Origin: Camelus dromedarius
Lineage: Eukaryota
NCBI RefSeq assembly: GCF_036321535.1
Contig: NC_087447.1
Location: forward strand, 51,028,001 to 51,092,000
Direction of reading: 5' to 3'
Length of the DNA: 64,000 nt
Made by a program: the position numbers and the translations under genes. The notes under the pieces are model-generated. The model was not told the DNA's origin, ran no database searches, and saw only the letters and a program-made list of their open reading frames with translations. Shown one piece after another: positions 25,490 to 37,029 of this stretch (position 1 is its first letter; each line of letters begins with the position of its first letter).

Positions 25490-25950
25490 CTAATTCTTCT
25501 TTGAAGACAGCTCAAAGGAGTATAAGGATGGGCTAGATGTGGCAGAGAACAGAAAAGAGGATTCTTCGAAAGACTCAATACTTTCAGGGGGCTTTTCGGG
25601 TTGTGTTTCAGGATGAGGGACATCTATGGAGGAAACTGTTTCATTCACCGTCAAGGAAGGCAATGCAGTTTGGAAGCTGGGCTCTCTGCTGGCCTCCCAG
25701 ATGGGTGCTTGGGTGGGTTTGAAGGTCTTTGTGGTAAACACAGGTTGGGTAACATCATCCTCGCCAAGCGTTAGTGTTTCCATGGTTTCCATGACTGCCT
25801 CTGATTTGCTGGCTGGATGTTTCCTTACATTCTTGGTTAAAGCTGCTAGACTCCAAGGGATTTCCATAACTCGGGTGGAAGACTCCATGGATAAATCTGG
25901 AGCTTCTAGATTCTCACTTTTTCCCATTCGGAGACTTACACTCTGAGTAT
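25490..25950 (-). CDS. GDPD4: GDPD4 terminal coding exon (S/T/P/E-rich tail), 461 nt to TAG
   Basis: Acceptor ttgtcttttctatcccacag|AT in phase 1 continues (D)TQSVSLRMGKSENLEAPDL...SFELSSKKN*. This matches ORF 25490..25987, and the six exons sum to an exact multiple of 3. Confidence 0.85.
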
Positions 25951-26734
25951 CTGTGGGATAGAAAAGACAAAAACACAGATACCTCAAGTATTGGCTTCTG
26001 CAATCTCTGCCAGTGATGTGGTAAAATCTTAGTCATCTTTAAAATGTTAGCCTCTTACTTACCGTCTCAGACTCTTTCCCTCTAGTTCTCTCTCTACCCA
26101 GGCTTTGGACAGACTTTGTTATGGTCCTCCAATTCATCGTGGTGCTGGAGTTTAAGAGTCTATTGTGTGAGGTTCTGGTTCACCATGGAAGCCCTCAAAA
26201 GGCAGAGACTGACATTTGCTTTAAATTCATGCATTTCATAACCACTGATTCCAAATTAGGTTGAACAGAAAAATGAACACATCTTTCATAGAATGGGAGC
26301 TTTTTACAAACAGTTACTTTATCTTACTTGCCTCCAATACACACTGCTTAGAAATATCTGTCACATAGTAACTGCTCAAAAAATTATTTTTATCTAACTG
26401 ACAGAAAAAATCAGATGATGGAAAACTCTAGTAATGGAGCTAGGACAGTGACTCCTATCAAAGACAAATTAAAAATTGGATAATATATAAAACAAAGAAA
26501 ACATCTTAAACTTATCTTAAGAATTAACAGTATGGTGAGAAACTGTGGGGACAAAATCCAGAAGAAAGTGAGAATCCAAAGAAGTAAACCCAGAACTCAG
26601 TTATTTTTGCTTTGAGTGTAATTTCATTCCTGAAGAAACAGCTGAACACATTTCTTATCAGCTTCACTGGAGGAAGGAGCTTTTTACTGCACTTGAACTG
26701 AATTTGTAAGTCAGTGCCATGGAAACCAATATCC

Positions 26735-28790
26735 ATGATATTAGGGTTTTTAATTCATGAATGTGGTATGTTGCTCCATTTACTTTGGTCTTCTCTCTCT
26801 CAGTAAACTTCTGTAGTTTTCAGTGACCAATCACCTATCTTCTTCACAAGGCCCTGCAACATTTTCCTTAAATTTATTCCTATTTTACGTTTTTATGCTG
26901 TTGTAAATGATGCTATTTTAATTTTTTTAAGTTTCCAATTATTCATTGATAATACATATACAATTGATTTTTCTGTATATTGACATTGTATGTTGAGATA
27001 CTGCATAATTCACTAATTAGTTCTAGTAGGTTTGTTGTTTGATTCCTTAGAATTTTTAACGTAAAAAATCATAAATGCAAATAAGGAGTTTTACTTCTTC
27101 ATCTTATTGAACTGGCTATGATCCCTAGTAAAATGCCAAACAGAAATGATGAGAGCAGATATTGTTGTCTTATCTAATCTTAGAGGGAAAATATTCATTG
27201 TGTCACCATTCAAATGATATTGGTTGTAGGTTTTCTATAAATATTTTTTATCAGATTGAGGAAGTTTCATTCTATCCCTAGCTTGCTCAGAACTTTAATC
27301 ATAAATCAGGTTGTTGATTTTCATCAAATATGCTTTATCTATTTTATTTTGTTAATATGGTGGATTATAATGATAAACTTCAAATGACATATTAATCTTG
27401 TACTGCTGAGATAAACCCCACTTGCTCAGGATGTATTATCCTTTTAATATACTGATGGATTCAATTTGCTAATACTTTGATTAGGATTTTTATATCTCAG
27501 TTCATGAAGAACAAGACAAAAACTTCAGAAAAAGAACAAAATGAAATAGCAATAAGTAATCTATCTGATAAAGATTTTAAACTAATAGCAATAAATATGC
27601 TCACCAAAGTCAGGAAAAAAGGAAGTATGAACACAGTGAGAACTTTAACAATGAGATAGAAAATACAAGATAGTGCCAAACAGAAGTTACGACTGAACTG
27701 AAAAATATGCTAAAAGCATTCAATAGCAGAGTAGATGAGGTAGAAAAACAAATGAGTGAACTAAAAGATAGAATGGAACTCACCTAGACAAAGCAGCAAA
27801 ATGAAAAAAGAATTTTAAAAACTGAAGGCACTATATGGGACCTTTGGGACAATATCGTGTGGAATAACATTGGTGTTACATGGGTCTCAAAAAGAGAAGA
27901 GAGAGAAAGGGCCAGAAAAATTATTTGAAGAAACAGTGACTGAAAACTCTCCTAATCTAGGGAAGGAAACAGACATCTGGGTCTAGGAAACTCGAAGAGC
28001 TCCAAATTAGATAAACCCAAACAGATACACACAAGACACATTACAATTAAAATGGTAAAAGTTAAGAATAAAGAGAGAATCCTAAAAGCAGCAAGAGAAA
28101 AATAATTTGTTACATATGGAAACCTATTAGCAGATTTTCACTGGAGACTTTCAAGGCCTTATGGGAGTGGCATGACACATTCAAAGTGTTGAAAGGAAAA
28201 AAGCTTCCAAACAAGAACACTCTTGCCCACACAAATTATGAGATGATAAATTTGTGTTGTTTTGAGCTCCTAAATTTGTGGTAATTTGTTACACAGCAAT
28301 AAAAAAAAACAAATACATATGGTAATAGAATCTATCCAAAATGAAACACAGAAATTAGGCTAAAAATAAAAATGAACAGTGTCTCAGTAACTTATGGGAT
28401 AATATAAAATGATCTAACTTCTACATACTTGGAATCCCAAAAACAAGGTAGATGCAGAAAAATATTTGAAAAATAAAGACTTAAAATTTATCCAATATGA
28501 TCAAAATTATACTCTGACTGACCTAAGGAGTTAAAAAAACTGCAAGCAGGATACACACACACACACACACACAAACCTTGATACACAGCAAGATAAACCA
28601 TAATCAAATAACTGAAAACTAGTAATAAAACAAACAATCTCAAAAAGCAGCCAGAGAAAAATGACATATTACAAGCAGAAGAACAATGATAAAAAAGATA
28701 GACTTTTGTGAGGATTTTTAATAAGAAGCAATATGAGACAGAAGACAAAGGATAGACTTCTTCAAATGGCTGAAAAATACATTCTAAAGC
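26735..28790. mobile_element. Mosaic of L1 fragments (minus ORF2 ~26735-27500, plus ORF1 ~27500-28220 and ~28320-28790) with a MaLR LTR 3' end at ~28225-28318
   Basis: L1 ORF1/ORF2 motifs, MLT1-type end taaatttgtgttgttttgagc..tttgtggtaatttgttacacagcaata, and (CA)n at ~28553-28572. Confidence 0.7.
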
Positions 28791-29120
28791 CAGAGAGGTG
28801 ATGAAAGCCTTTTGGTGGCAGCAGCAGCAGGTGCAGCAGTACATGCCCATCCTGGAGGTGGCTGTGATGCAAGATGTGACACTATGCTTAGTGTTCAAAG
28901 CTCTATTTTCCCCAACATGAATGGATCTGGGTTGTGGTTTGGCTTCTTTCCAGTCTTCCTTGTTCATTCCCTGATTCTAAATTTGGTCTTGCCCCTTCTA
29001 GGTATCTCTTAAGAGATATTGAAACAGCCTTTCTTAGATTTATTAGATACATTTACATAGATTGGGCAAAACTGACTTCTGTTAACGGGCAATTAAAAAC
29101 TCTTAAAACAGGAAAAAAAA
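28790..29120 (+). pseudogene. Possible short processed retrocopy of an unidentified transcript
   Basis: CpG-decayed GC-rich 5' end (ggtggcagcagcagcaggtgcagcag), ATTAAA at ~29091, and an A-run about 20 nt later. Confidence 0.4.
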
Positions 29121-29329
29121 TCTTTATTTTCTACTTACCTTATTTTCTTATCATCATTCAACATGGTGGGAAGTTGTCAAGTTAACTGAGTACTTTTCTA
29201 AGGCATTATAGCCACCTTCTTCATCCAAATTTCAACAGTTCTTTGAACTTTCCTTCAAAAGTTCTCTCCCATCCATGCTTTCCTCACCATTTCCATATAC
29301 TTTTCATTTCTTGGATGTATCACTGATTA

Positions 29330-29723
29330 CTGCACTGAAATGTGTGACCCACAATTCATATGCTAAAGCCTTAACCTCCAGAACCTCAAAATCTGACTAT
29401 ATTTGGAAATTGGGCCTTTAAAGAGGTGATTAAAATGAGGCCATTAAGGTGGGCCCTAATCCAATCTGAACGGAGTAGAGAAAATTTGTACACACAGAGA
29501 GACACTGGGGGCGGTGGCGGGGTGCACAGAGGAAAGACTGTGTGAGGAAACAGCAAGAAAGTGACTATCTGGAAGCCAAGGAGAGAGGCCTCAGAAGAAA
29601 TCAAATCTGCTGACACATTGACCTTGGACCTCTAGCCTCCAGAACTGTGAGAAAATCAATTTCTGTGGTTTAAGCCACCCAGTCTGTGGTATTTTGTTAT
29701 GGTGGCCTCAGTTTACTAATGCA
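29330..29723 (+). mobile_element. MaLR solo LTR (MLT1A-like)
   Basis: Motifs aattcatatgctaaagcc, gggccctaatccaatctga, gacctctagcctccagaactgtgagaaaat and tttaagccacccagtctgtggtattttgttatgg. Confidence 0.88.
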
Positions 29724-30921
29724 ACTACTAAAAATCATAAGGCATCTGAAAAACAGAGCCAGTAGAGTGATCTTCTCAAAATTTGTGTAACTCAGAGTTA
29801 ATTGAGATCTCTCTGTCCCTTAAGATATTTGAGTGACCTCGGTTTAAATCTTCAGTTTCACAGAAGGAAAGTCCATTCCCCTTCATGTAATTTATTCAAA
29901 TTTCTGAATTTATTTTTTCATGGTCCCTATGGATCCATTCCTGCAACTCAAAGTACTGTATGAGTTTAACCCTCCACCAGCTGATACAAGGTAGCTCAGG
30001 ATCTTTACCACTGTCCACAAGAAATTAAATTAATTCATGATTCCAACTTTACTTGAGGCTCCAAGAGCTACGGGAGGAAACTGTATCATGTACTGCACAG
30101 TCCTCTGCCTCCTAAGTGGTTTTCCCTTTGACACTGTACTGGGTGCTCAAACCAGAAACTCACTGTGTGATTATCCCCACAACCTCCTGAAAAATAAGCT
30201 CTGGCTTAGCCTCCCTTACTGGGCCCATCTCAATTCCTCAGCTCCTGAGTTATTCTAGTAAGTTATTCTTCAATTCCATCCTTTCACACAGTTGTCTAAG
30301 CATACTGCTCCCTTACTTGAAACTCATTTGCATCTCCTGGTTGCTTACACGCAGAGCCTAGGCTCTAGTCCAGCAGTCCAGGACCTGTGCAGTTTCCTCC
30401 CTCCACCTTCCAGCACACATCACCCACAACGGAAGCCCAATAAGGCACATTCAGCCCTGATGGGCATGGCAGCTTCTCTGTCCTGGACCTCAGTGCCTGG
30501 ACCAACGGTCAGCTGCTATTCCTCTGCCTGCTTCCTCACTGCTCTCTGTGCACCAGCCCTCTTTTCTCTGGGGCCACCCTCCATAGACAGCTTTCTGTTA
30601 TTAAATCTCTCTCAGAGTGCCTGGCACAAAGTGGTGCTCAGTAACTGTGTGATGAATGAATGTATCAACAAGTCAACAAATAACGAAGCTCAAAACCTTC
30701 CAAGGAGTCTCACTGCTTTAGAGATAAAGTCCAAAATGAAGCCTGATATCAAGGGCCCTCTACAATCTGTGCCTAGCCTATGTGTTCCAAAACCTCACTG
30801 GTCTCCACCCCCTGATTTCAGACTTCTTCAGCTCTTGTCAGAAACATTAAAGGCAGGCCCTGTATGCTGGAGGCAATGAGTAGGGATGAGGAGATGGGAG
30901 TGGGCTAGGCCTCTGACTTAC

Positions 30922-30977
30922 CCATGAATATGCTGGTGCTTTTGAGTAATTTTTCTTTTTTGCTGCTCTCTCTCCAC
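30922..30977 (-). CDS. GDPD4: GDPD4 small coding exon, 56 nt, phase 2-1
   Basis: Acceptor cttccttccag|G and donor G|gtaagt. Translates WRESSKKEKLLKSTSIFM, a basic segment after the TM helix. Phases fit both neighbours. Confidence 0.88.
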
Positions 30978-31745
30978 CTGGAAGGAAGCAGACTATCCAT
31001 GAGCCTCCTACACCTTTTCCAAAAGAGTCAATAATTCAGCCAGTGGCCAGAAAAGAACATTAACCAGTCAAATTCTTATTTAAGTAGAGGCTTTATAGTT
31101 TCCCACTTTAAAAGATAAGTCAAATCAAGAAATGATGGACATGATAAGGTCTAAACAACCATGGTCTCATCTAGCCAAAATTCTTTACCAGATATCCCAT
31201 CTCCCACTTTGAACCTTGTAGTATTGTAGCATTTGCCTTCAAGAATTCCCAACTGTCATTTTCATGGACAGATTTAAAAAAAAAAAACAAAAAACGTGGA
31301 CTAGAAAGAGGCAGTGACTTTCCCAGGGTCATCCAGCAATCAAGGGCAAAGCCAGGACTAAAACCCAGGTTTCCTGGTTTGTGAACTTGCTCTTTACACA
31401 GAACCCTGCTATGTGGAAGGCAGAAGATGGAGGCACTTGTTCTGAACAACCTTCAACCCCTGCCCTCCCCTAACTGATCCACAGAAATCTGTAGTAACAG
31501 ACTTCGATCATACCTTAGTGAGAATCCTTCTCCTCTGAATATGATCTCAGATTGAGTGGGTAGAAGGGGTGAGGAGCTGCAGGCAGCATGAGAAGAAATG
31601 AGAGATTCAGATGATAAAACCCTGCCTCCTTGAGGATTTGCCATGTGGGATTACAGGGAGAATGGAACTGTTTTTTCTCTAATTTCTGTCAAGAATCATT
31701 TACATTTTTATTTTAGGAAAAATAAAATTATAAATATATGCTTAC

Positions 31746-31828
31746 CAATGAAAATAAAATATGGCAAAAACGAAAATTGCAGAAACAACATCCATAAGAA
31801 TCCATATGAACATATAGAAACTTGGTGT
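31746..31828 (-). CDS. GDPD4: GDPD4 coding exon encoding the C-terminal transmembrane helix, 83 nt, phase 0-2
   Basis: Acceptor ttccgttctgcag|ACA and donor TG|gtaag. Translates the hydrophobic TPSFYMFIWILMDVVSAIFVFAIFYFH(W). Confidence 0.92.
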
Positions 31829-32939
31829 CTGCAGAACGGAAAACAAACCATAGTTATAGGACTTTAGAGCTGGAAGGGATTCTAGGTCATGTGGGCCAAG
31901 TCCCTTGCTTGGCTGCCAGGGATGGAGTAGGGGCAGATCAGGCAGAGGAACCTTGATTGGTGGGGTTGGTCTCACACACAGAGAACACCTACCGCTATCC
32001 TATCACCCCTTACCTGTGCAGAGGGCTCTACAAGGGATCAGACACTTCACACCCTTCATCTCCCTGGACCCTCAAGACAGATCTCTGGGCGGGAGTCCCA
32101 GAGATGTCACATAGCAAGTCTATTCTGGACAGGACTACATCCCGTTTCCTGACTTTCCATGCTCTGTGTTTTCATGGATGGCTTCCCAAACCTGGCTATG
32201 CATCCAGATCTACCTGAGCAGCTTTCAGTAATGCAGGCTCCTGGGTCTCACTACAAACTCTGGAATTAGAATTTCTGCATTTTTAACAAGCTCCCCAGGA
32301 ATGAGCAACTCAGCTGTGAACCAGCGTTTAGGAATCACAGTCCTAAATCATCATGCTTCAAATAAGTATGTTGAAATTATAATTCTTAATTAACAGGCCC
32401 ACTTCTCCAGGCTCCTTGCCTGAATCACCCATTTCACAGAGCTCCCTCTTCTAGGTTCTCTTGTATGACTTCCATATGTCCTGGTCTAATCCTCCCTTTC
32501 TACCTTCATTGTTCCCCCTCCAATACTACTTGATGGTGCAGGTCTGGCATTTTCATTCTTTCTTATCCACCCAATCCCAGGGTCTTTCTTTAGACTAATT
32601 AATAATGATAACAGCAGCAGGAACACTACTGACAATCAGGATAATGATGATAACAACAACTAACATCAGTGAGCACTACAGGAGCTAAGGCAGTGTTCCA
32701 AGCACTTTATGGGTATTTTCACAGCCAATCCTCACTACAGCTCTACTAGGCAGGTACCAACCTGCACTAAACTGAGGCTCGTAATCCCCTCTGGGAGCCT
32801 TACTGACCGATGCCTTGGCCTGCTCCCGGGTGCCCACCAGGTGAGCTGTACAGTCACCAAGAATCAGTTGTTCTTGCTCCCCAAATGGCCTGGAACAGTT
32901 GTACCTGTTGTTATAATTGTGCAGTGCAACTAAGTGCTA

Positions 32940-33325
32940 CTTAAGTCTCTAAATTCTGAGTAGAAAACATCTGGCATTTTCAAGGAAACTAAGTTAATAC
33001 TTTGGAAAACTCAATGAAGACAGAGTAGGTCTTTAAAAAATAAACTGCAATTGAATTATGTGTGAGTTAAACACTCAGAGACTGGGGAGAACGGAGAGAA
33101 TTATAAAAATCTAGGTAGATTCCTCATTCAGTTCATTTCTCCCAGTGACTATAAGTTCTTGTTCTACTTTAAGGAAACAGAAGTTAGAAACCATAGATGA
33201 TTCATTTGGAAGTATACAGAAGCAAGAGAATACACAATTCAATCAGCTGAAATAGCCTCAAAAAAAGACTTTGTGTCTATGTCAAAAAGTGAATGAATAT
33301 TATAAACTAAAATATGTGAGATATG
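32940..33325 (+). mobile_element. Possible Tigger-like DNA transposon remnant
   Basis: Degenerate sequence resembling a Tigger/pogo transposase N-terminus. Recognised by eye only. Confidence 0.35.
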
Positions 33326-33327
33326 TG

Positions 33328-33760
33328 TGTGGCAGATTGCCTATAAAAATGACCACATATTCCTCCCAATATAGGCCTGTATGAAGTGTGATTTTGCTGT
33401 TCCTCTCCATCAAGAGGTAAATCTGTTTCTCTACTGCCCCACCTTGAATCTGGACTTAACCATGAGATTTTTTTTGGCCATTGGAACATTAGCAAACATC
33501 ACAATGGGAGATCCTTGAAAAGGCATGCACATTGGGGCTTGACCTCTCTTGCTACGAGGAACCCAATGCTACCAAGTGAACGTGAAATGAAGAAAGACCC
33601 GGTCACTGTAGGTAAGACCCCAGACATATGAATCAGACCATCCTAGACCACCTAGTCCAGTTGAGCTGGCTCAGACCGGAGAAACTAATCAGCTACCATA
33701 CAGAATACAAAAAACAAATATTTGTTAGTTTTAAGCCACTAAGTGATTATGCTAATAGAC
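33328..33760 (+). mobile_element. MaLR LTR (MLT1F/G/H-like)
   Basis: Start tgtggcagattg..aaaatgaccaca, internal ccttgaatctggac, and end ttttaagccactaagt. Confidence 0.7.
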
Positions 33761-34719
33761 CATATCTCATTTATTTCACAATTCCCTGTTTTTTCCAATT
33801 AACAGACCACTAAGCAGACCCAATTATGCTGAATAAAATTGCTTCTATGCACTATTTTTATCTCCGATTTACAAATAAACAAACTTTTTGGTGACTAAAC
33901 TGTACTTTAAAGAATTATCTAAGAGTGACTAGAAATGCTAAGGGGTCTGAGTAAGATTTCATTCAGGGGCAGGGAAAGACCCAGGTCAGAGAGCAGTTTA
34001 AAGAGTCGGTGGAGAGAAATTAAGCTGTTTTCTGTTGTAGGCTACTGTGTGCCTCTCAGTCCACCTACTCCACACTGGTAAGACAGGCTGTGTAGCAGTT
34101 AACTGGTTAGCTGGGGCTCTCTTCACAGATAATAAGTGATGGGATTTAGCGGGGACTGTAACCCAGGTCTTCAGGTCCCCAAGCCTCCGGCCAGAAGCAG
34201 TTGCAGGACAGAAGGGGAAATCAAGCCTGGGGGCTGGACTCTCTCTCCTTTTCAAAAGCATTTTGCTCAGGACACACAGTTTTCACTTTGGATTCAAGTA
34301 CACTTGGTTTTCTCCCCACACCTGGTGCCTCTGTCATTGCTGCCATGCCTCCAGGAAGGTGGGACCACAGGAACAGAACTCTGGAGTCAGACCTCAGTCT
34401 GAATCTTGTGATGATGTGTGAGGATCTTTATAGCTTCAAGCTCAGATTCCACATTGAGATAATAATAGTGACTAACTCAGAGGGTTTAATTACATAATGT
34501 ATGAAAGGCACACTGTGAGGATTCAATAAACAGCAAGTATCATACCAATATTAATTTCTCCCTGAAATCACAAAAGGATCTGCGTGAGAGAAGGAAGAAT
34601 GCCACATAAGTCTCTACCCTTAAGTAGCTGGGGACGGACAGTGGGAAATGCAGGAGTAGGGTAGGGGACAGACTCCTATTGCACCAGACTTGGAAGAACA
34701 ATTTGAACAACCAGCTCAC

Positions 34720-34867
34720 CATGAAGAAGTAAGGGTGATTTATCTGATTCAGGACCTGAATGTTGTCTGTGGTCACTGACTGAATCCTGGAGCACCACGC
34801 CAGTGAGAAGAGCCAAGGTTCATTGACGATGTATAAATTGATGTTGATATTCGCTGCTTTATACTCT
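34720..34867 (-). CDS. GDPD4: GDPD4 internal coding exon, 148 nt, phase 2-0 (end of GDPD domain)
   Basis: Acceptor tttgtcttctcag|A and donor ATG|gtgagc. Translates [49 protein letters not shown], containing the family motif [17 protein letters not shown]. Confidence 0.95.
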
Positions 34868-35050
34868 CTGAGAAGACAAAGAAACCACAGGGGATTTAAA
34901 CTTAATCTCACTCTCACCATCTAAAGGGGAAACAGCCACCAAGTTTGTAAAAGGCTGTTTATTGTTAAGTCACCAGAAGTATCTGGTCCTGAAACAACTT
35001 ATATGACATGCAGAATAGGCTCATGTTACAATGAGATTAAGAACTGGATT

Positions 35051-35226
35051 TGGGGAGAGGGTATATCTCAAGTGGTAGAGTGCATGCTTAGCATGCACAA
35101 GGTCTTGAGTTCAATCCCCAGTACAGTCTCTAAGAATAAATAAATAAATAACCACCCCTCATCCCCCCCAAAAAAACTAAATAAAACTTCAAAAAAATTA
35201 TCTTATTTAAAAAACCCAATCTGTAA
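35051..35226 (+). mobile_element. Camelid tRNA-derived SINE (Vic-1-like)
   Basis: ggggagagggtatatctcaagtggtagagtgcatgcttagcatgcacaaggtcttgagttcaatcccc. TSD aagaac(t/a)ggattt on both sides. Confidence 0.88.
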
Positions 35227-35261
35227 AAGAACAGGATTTAATATCTTTGCTCCTATACCAA

Positions 35262-35538
35262 CAGTAGTATTTTAGTAAACTGGCTGTCCTAGGAGAAAAA
35301 AAGAAAAGAAGGAAGGAAAGGAGGAAAGAGAGAGGGAAGGAGGGAGGACTGGAGGGAAGGAGAGAGGGAAAGAAAAAAAGGAAAGCCCTAATTGTGGAAT
35401 TTGCCAATTTCCATAATGTAAATACTACTGCAATAGCCAATTTTGAGCTACCACTGGTAATACAGGTTTGCAAATTTCCTGGATATTTAATAATTAGCTC
35501 AAATGAGCTGTTATCAACCAGGTCCAGCACACTATTGT
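35262..35538 (+). mobile_element. MER63-like hAT DNA transposon containing a purine-rich (GGAA/GGGA) expansion
   Basis: aaagccctaattgtggaatttgccaatttccataatgtaaatact...tccagcacactattg, with an A/G-rich tract at ~35292-35385. Confidence 0.65.
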
Positions 35539-37029
35539 GCAGCAAATATACTTACTTTCATCAGAGTACTTACTACCCTCTATGTATTTATCTGCTTTCC
35601 TATTGGTCTTCTTGTAAGCAAATTAAAATCAGAGACTGTGTCTTACTCATCTCTGTATATCCAATACCTAGCATAATACTTGCCTTCATGAACAGCTAAT
35701 TGAAGAAATGAATAAATGAATATCAATCTGGTGAATATTTAAATTTTAAATATAAAGAATTTTTACAAGCATTGAGTAGGGGGAATGGAACCCACTATTC
35801 CCAATGTCAGTACTAAATGTCAGTAGATATTTCCGCACTGTCTATAGAACCAGTAGGAAAATAAGTTGAAGAACATCTAGTAACTCTAGTCAAGTTGTCA
35901 GTTTCAGGGATTAAATTTCTCAGAAAACACACCATGTAATAAATGCTTTCAAAAACTGTTTTTTAAAACCTTAAGATGGTATAGCACATTAGAAACAGTT
36001 CTGTACAAGCCTGGGTTTGAATCCCAGGTCTGCTGTCTGTCAAATACTAGCTTCACAAGTTCTTAGGCTCAGTGTACAAACAGTAAATAAAAGTAACAGT
36101 ACCACCTTTACAGGAGTGCTTGCAATTAGTTACCCGACATGTTATAACTGTCTTTAAGACAATTCCACAAATCACCTAAAGATAAATTTAAAAAATAAAA
36201 ATAAGGAAACAGTTTTTTAAAAAGGTACTTTTTATACTTTCTGAAACCAACACACAAAAATCAATCACATTTATACTCATTAATAAACATACAGAAACTG
36301 AAATTTAAAACAATACCATTAACTATCACTCCAAAGAAAATTAAATAACTAGGTATAAACTTAAAACCAGCACAGGATCTTAAAGCTGTGAACTATATAA
36401 TACTGATGAAAGTAATAAAAGAATATGTTTAAAACACAGGAGAAATCTTTGAGACCTAAGAGATAGATAAAGAGCTCTTAAATTCGACACTAAAAGTATG
36501 ATCATAAAAGGTAAAATTGGTAAGTTAAGCCGCATCAAAATTTTTAAACTCTGTTCTGTGGAAAACTGTTAAAAGGATGCTACAGACCAGCCAGACTGGG
36601 ACAAAGTATTTGAAAATAACATATCCAGCAAAGGACTAGTATCTATACTATATCAAGAACTCTCAAAACTAAACAATAAAAAAAAAAAATCAAGCAATTC
36701 AGTTAGAAAGGATACAAAGAGTCATTTCACTGAAGGGAGTATACCACTGGCAAATAATCACATAATAATATGTTCAACATCATTAACTATCAGAGAATGA
36801 AAATTAAAACCACAATGAGATATCACTATACACCTATCAGAATGTCTACAATGAAAAACAGTGACAATGCCCAAAATTAGTACAAGGATGTAGAGTGGAC
36901 CATCATACATTGTCGGCAGGAATGTAAAAGGATTGGCAGTTTCTATAAAACTAGACAAATAATTACCATAACCCAGAAACTGCATTCTTAGGCATTTATC
37001 CCATAAAAAAATAAAAACTTATGTTCACA

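Noticed and set aside
25934..25939. Internal GTAAGT donor in the terminal exon
   Set aside because: It would define an 11-nt micro-exon, while the long open frame and downstream AATAAA favour read-through as coding sequence.
28798..28935. C/D-box snoRNA (GTGATGA box C)
   Set aside because: No well-placed CTGA box D with a terminal stem, and no family recognised.
30292..30879. 195-aa plus-strand ORF
   Set aside because: Non-ATG start, antisense in a GDPD4 intron, overlaps an L2 remnant, and has no recognisable domain.
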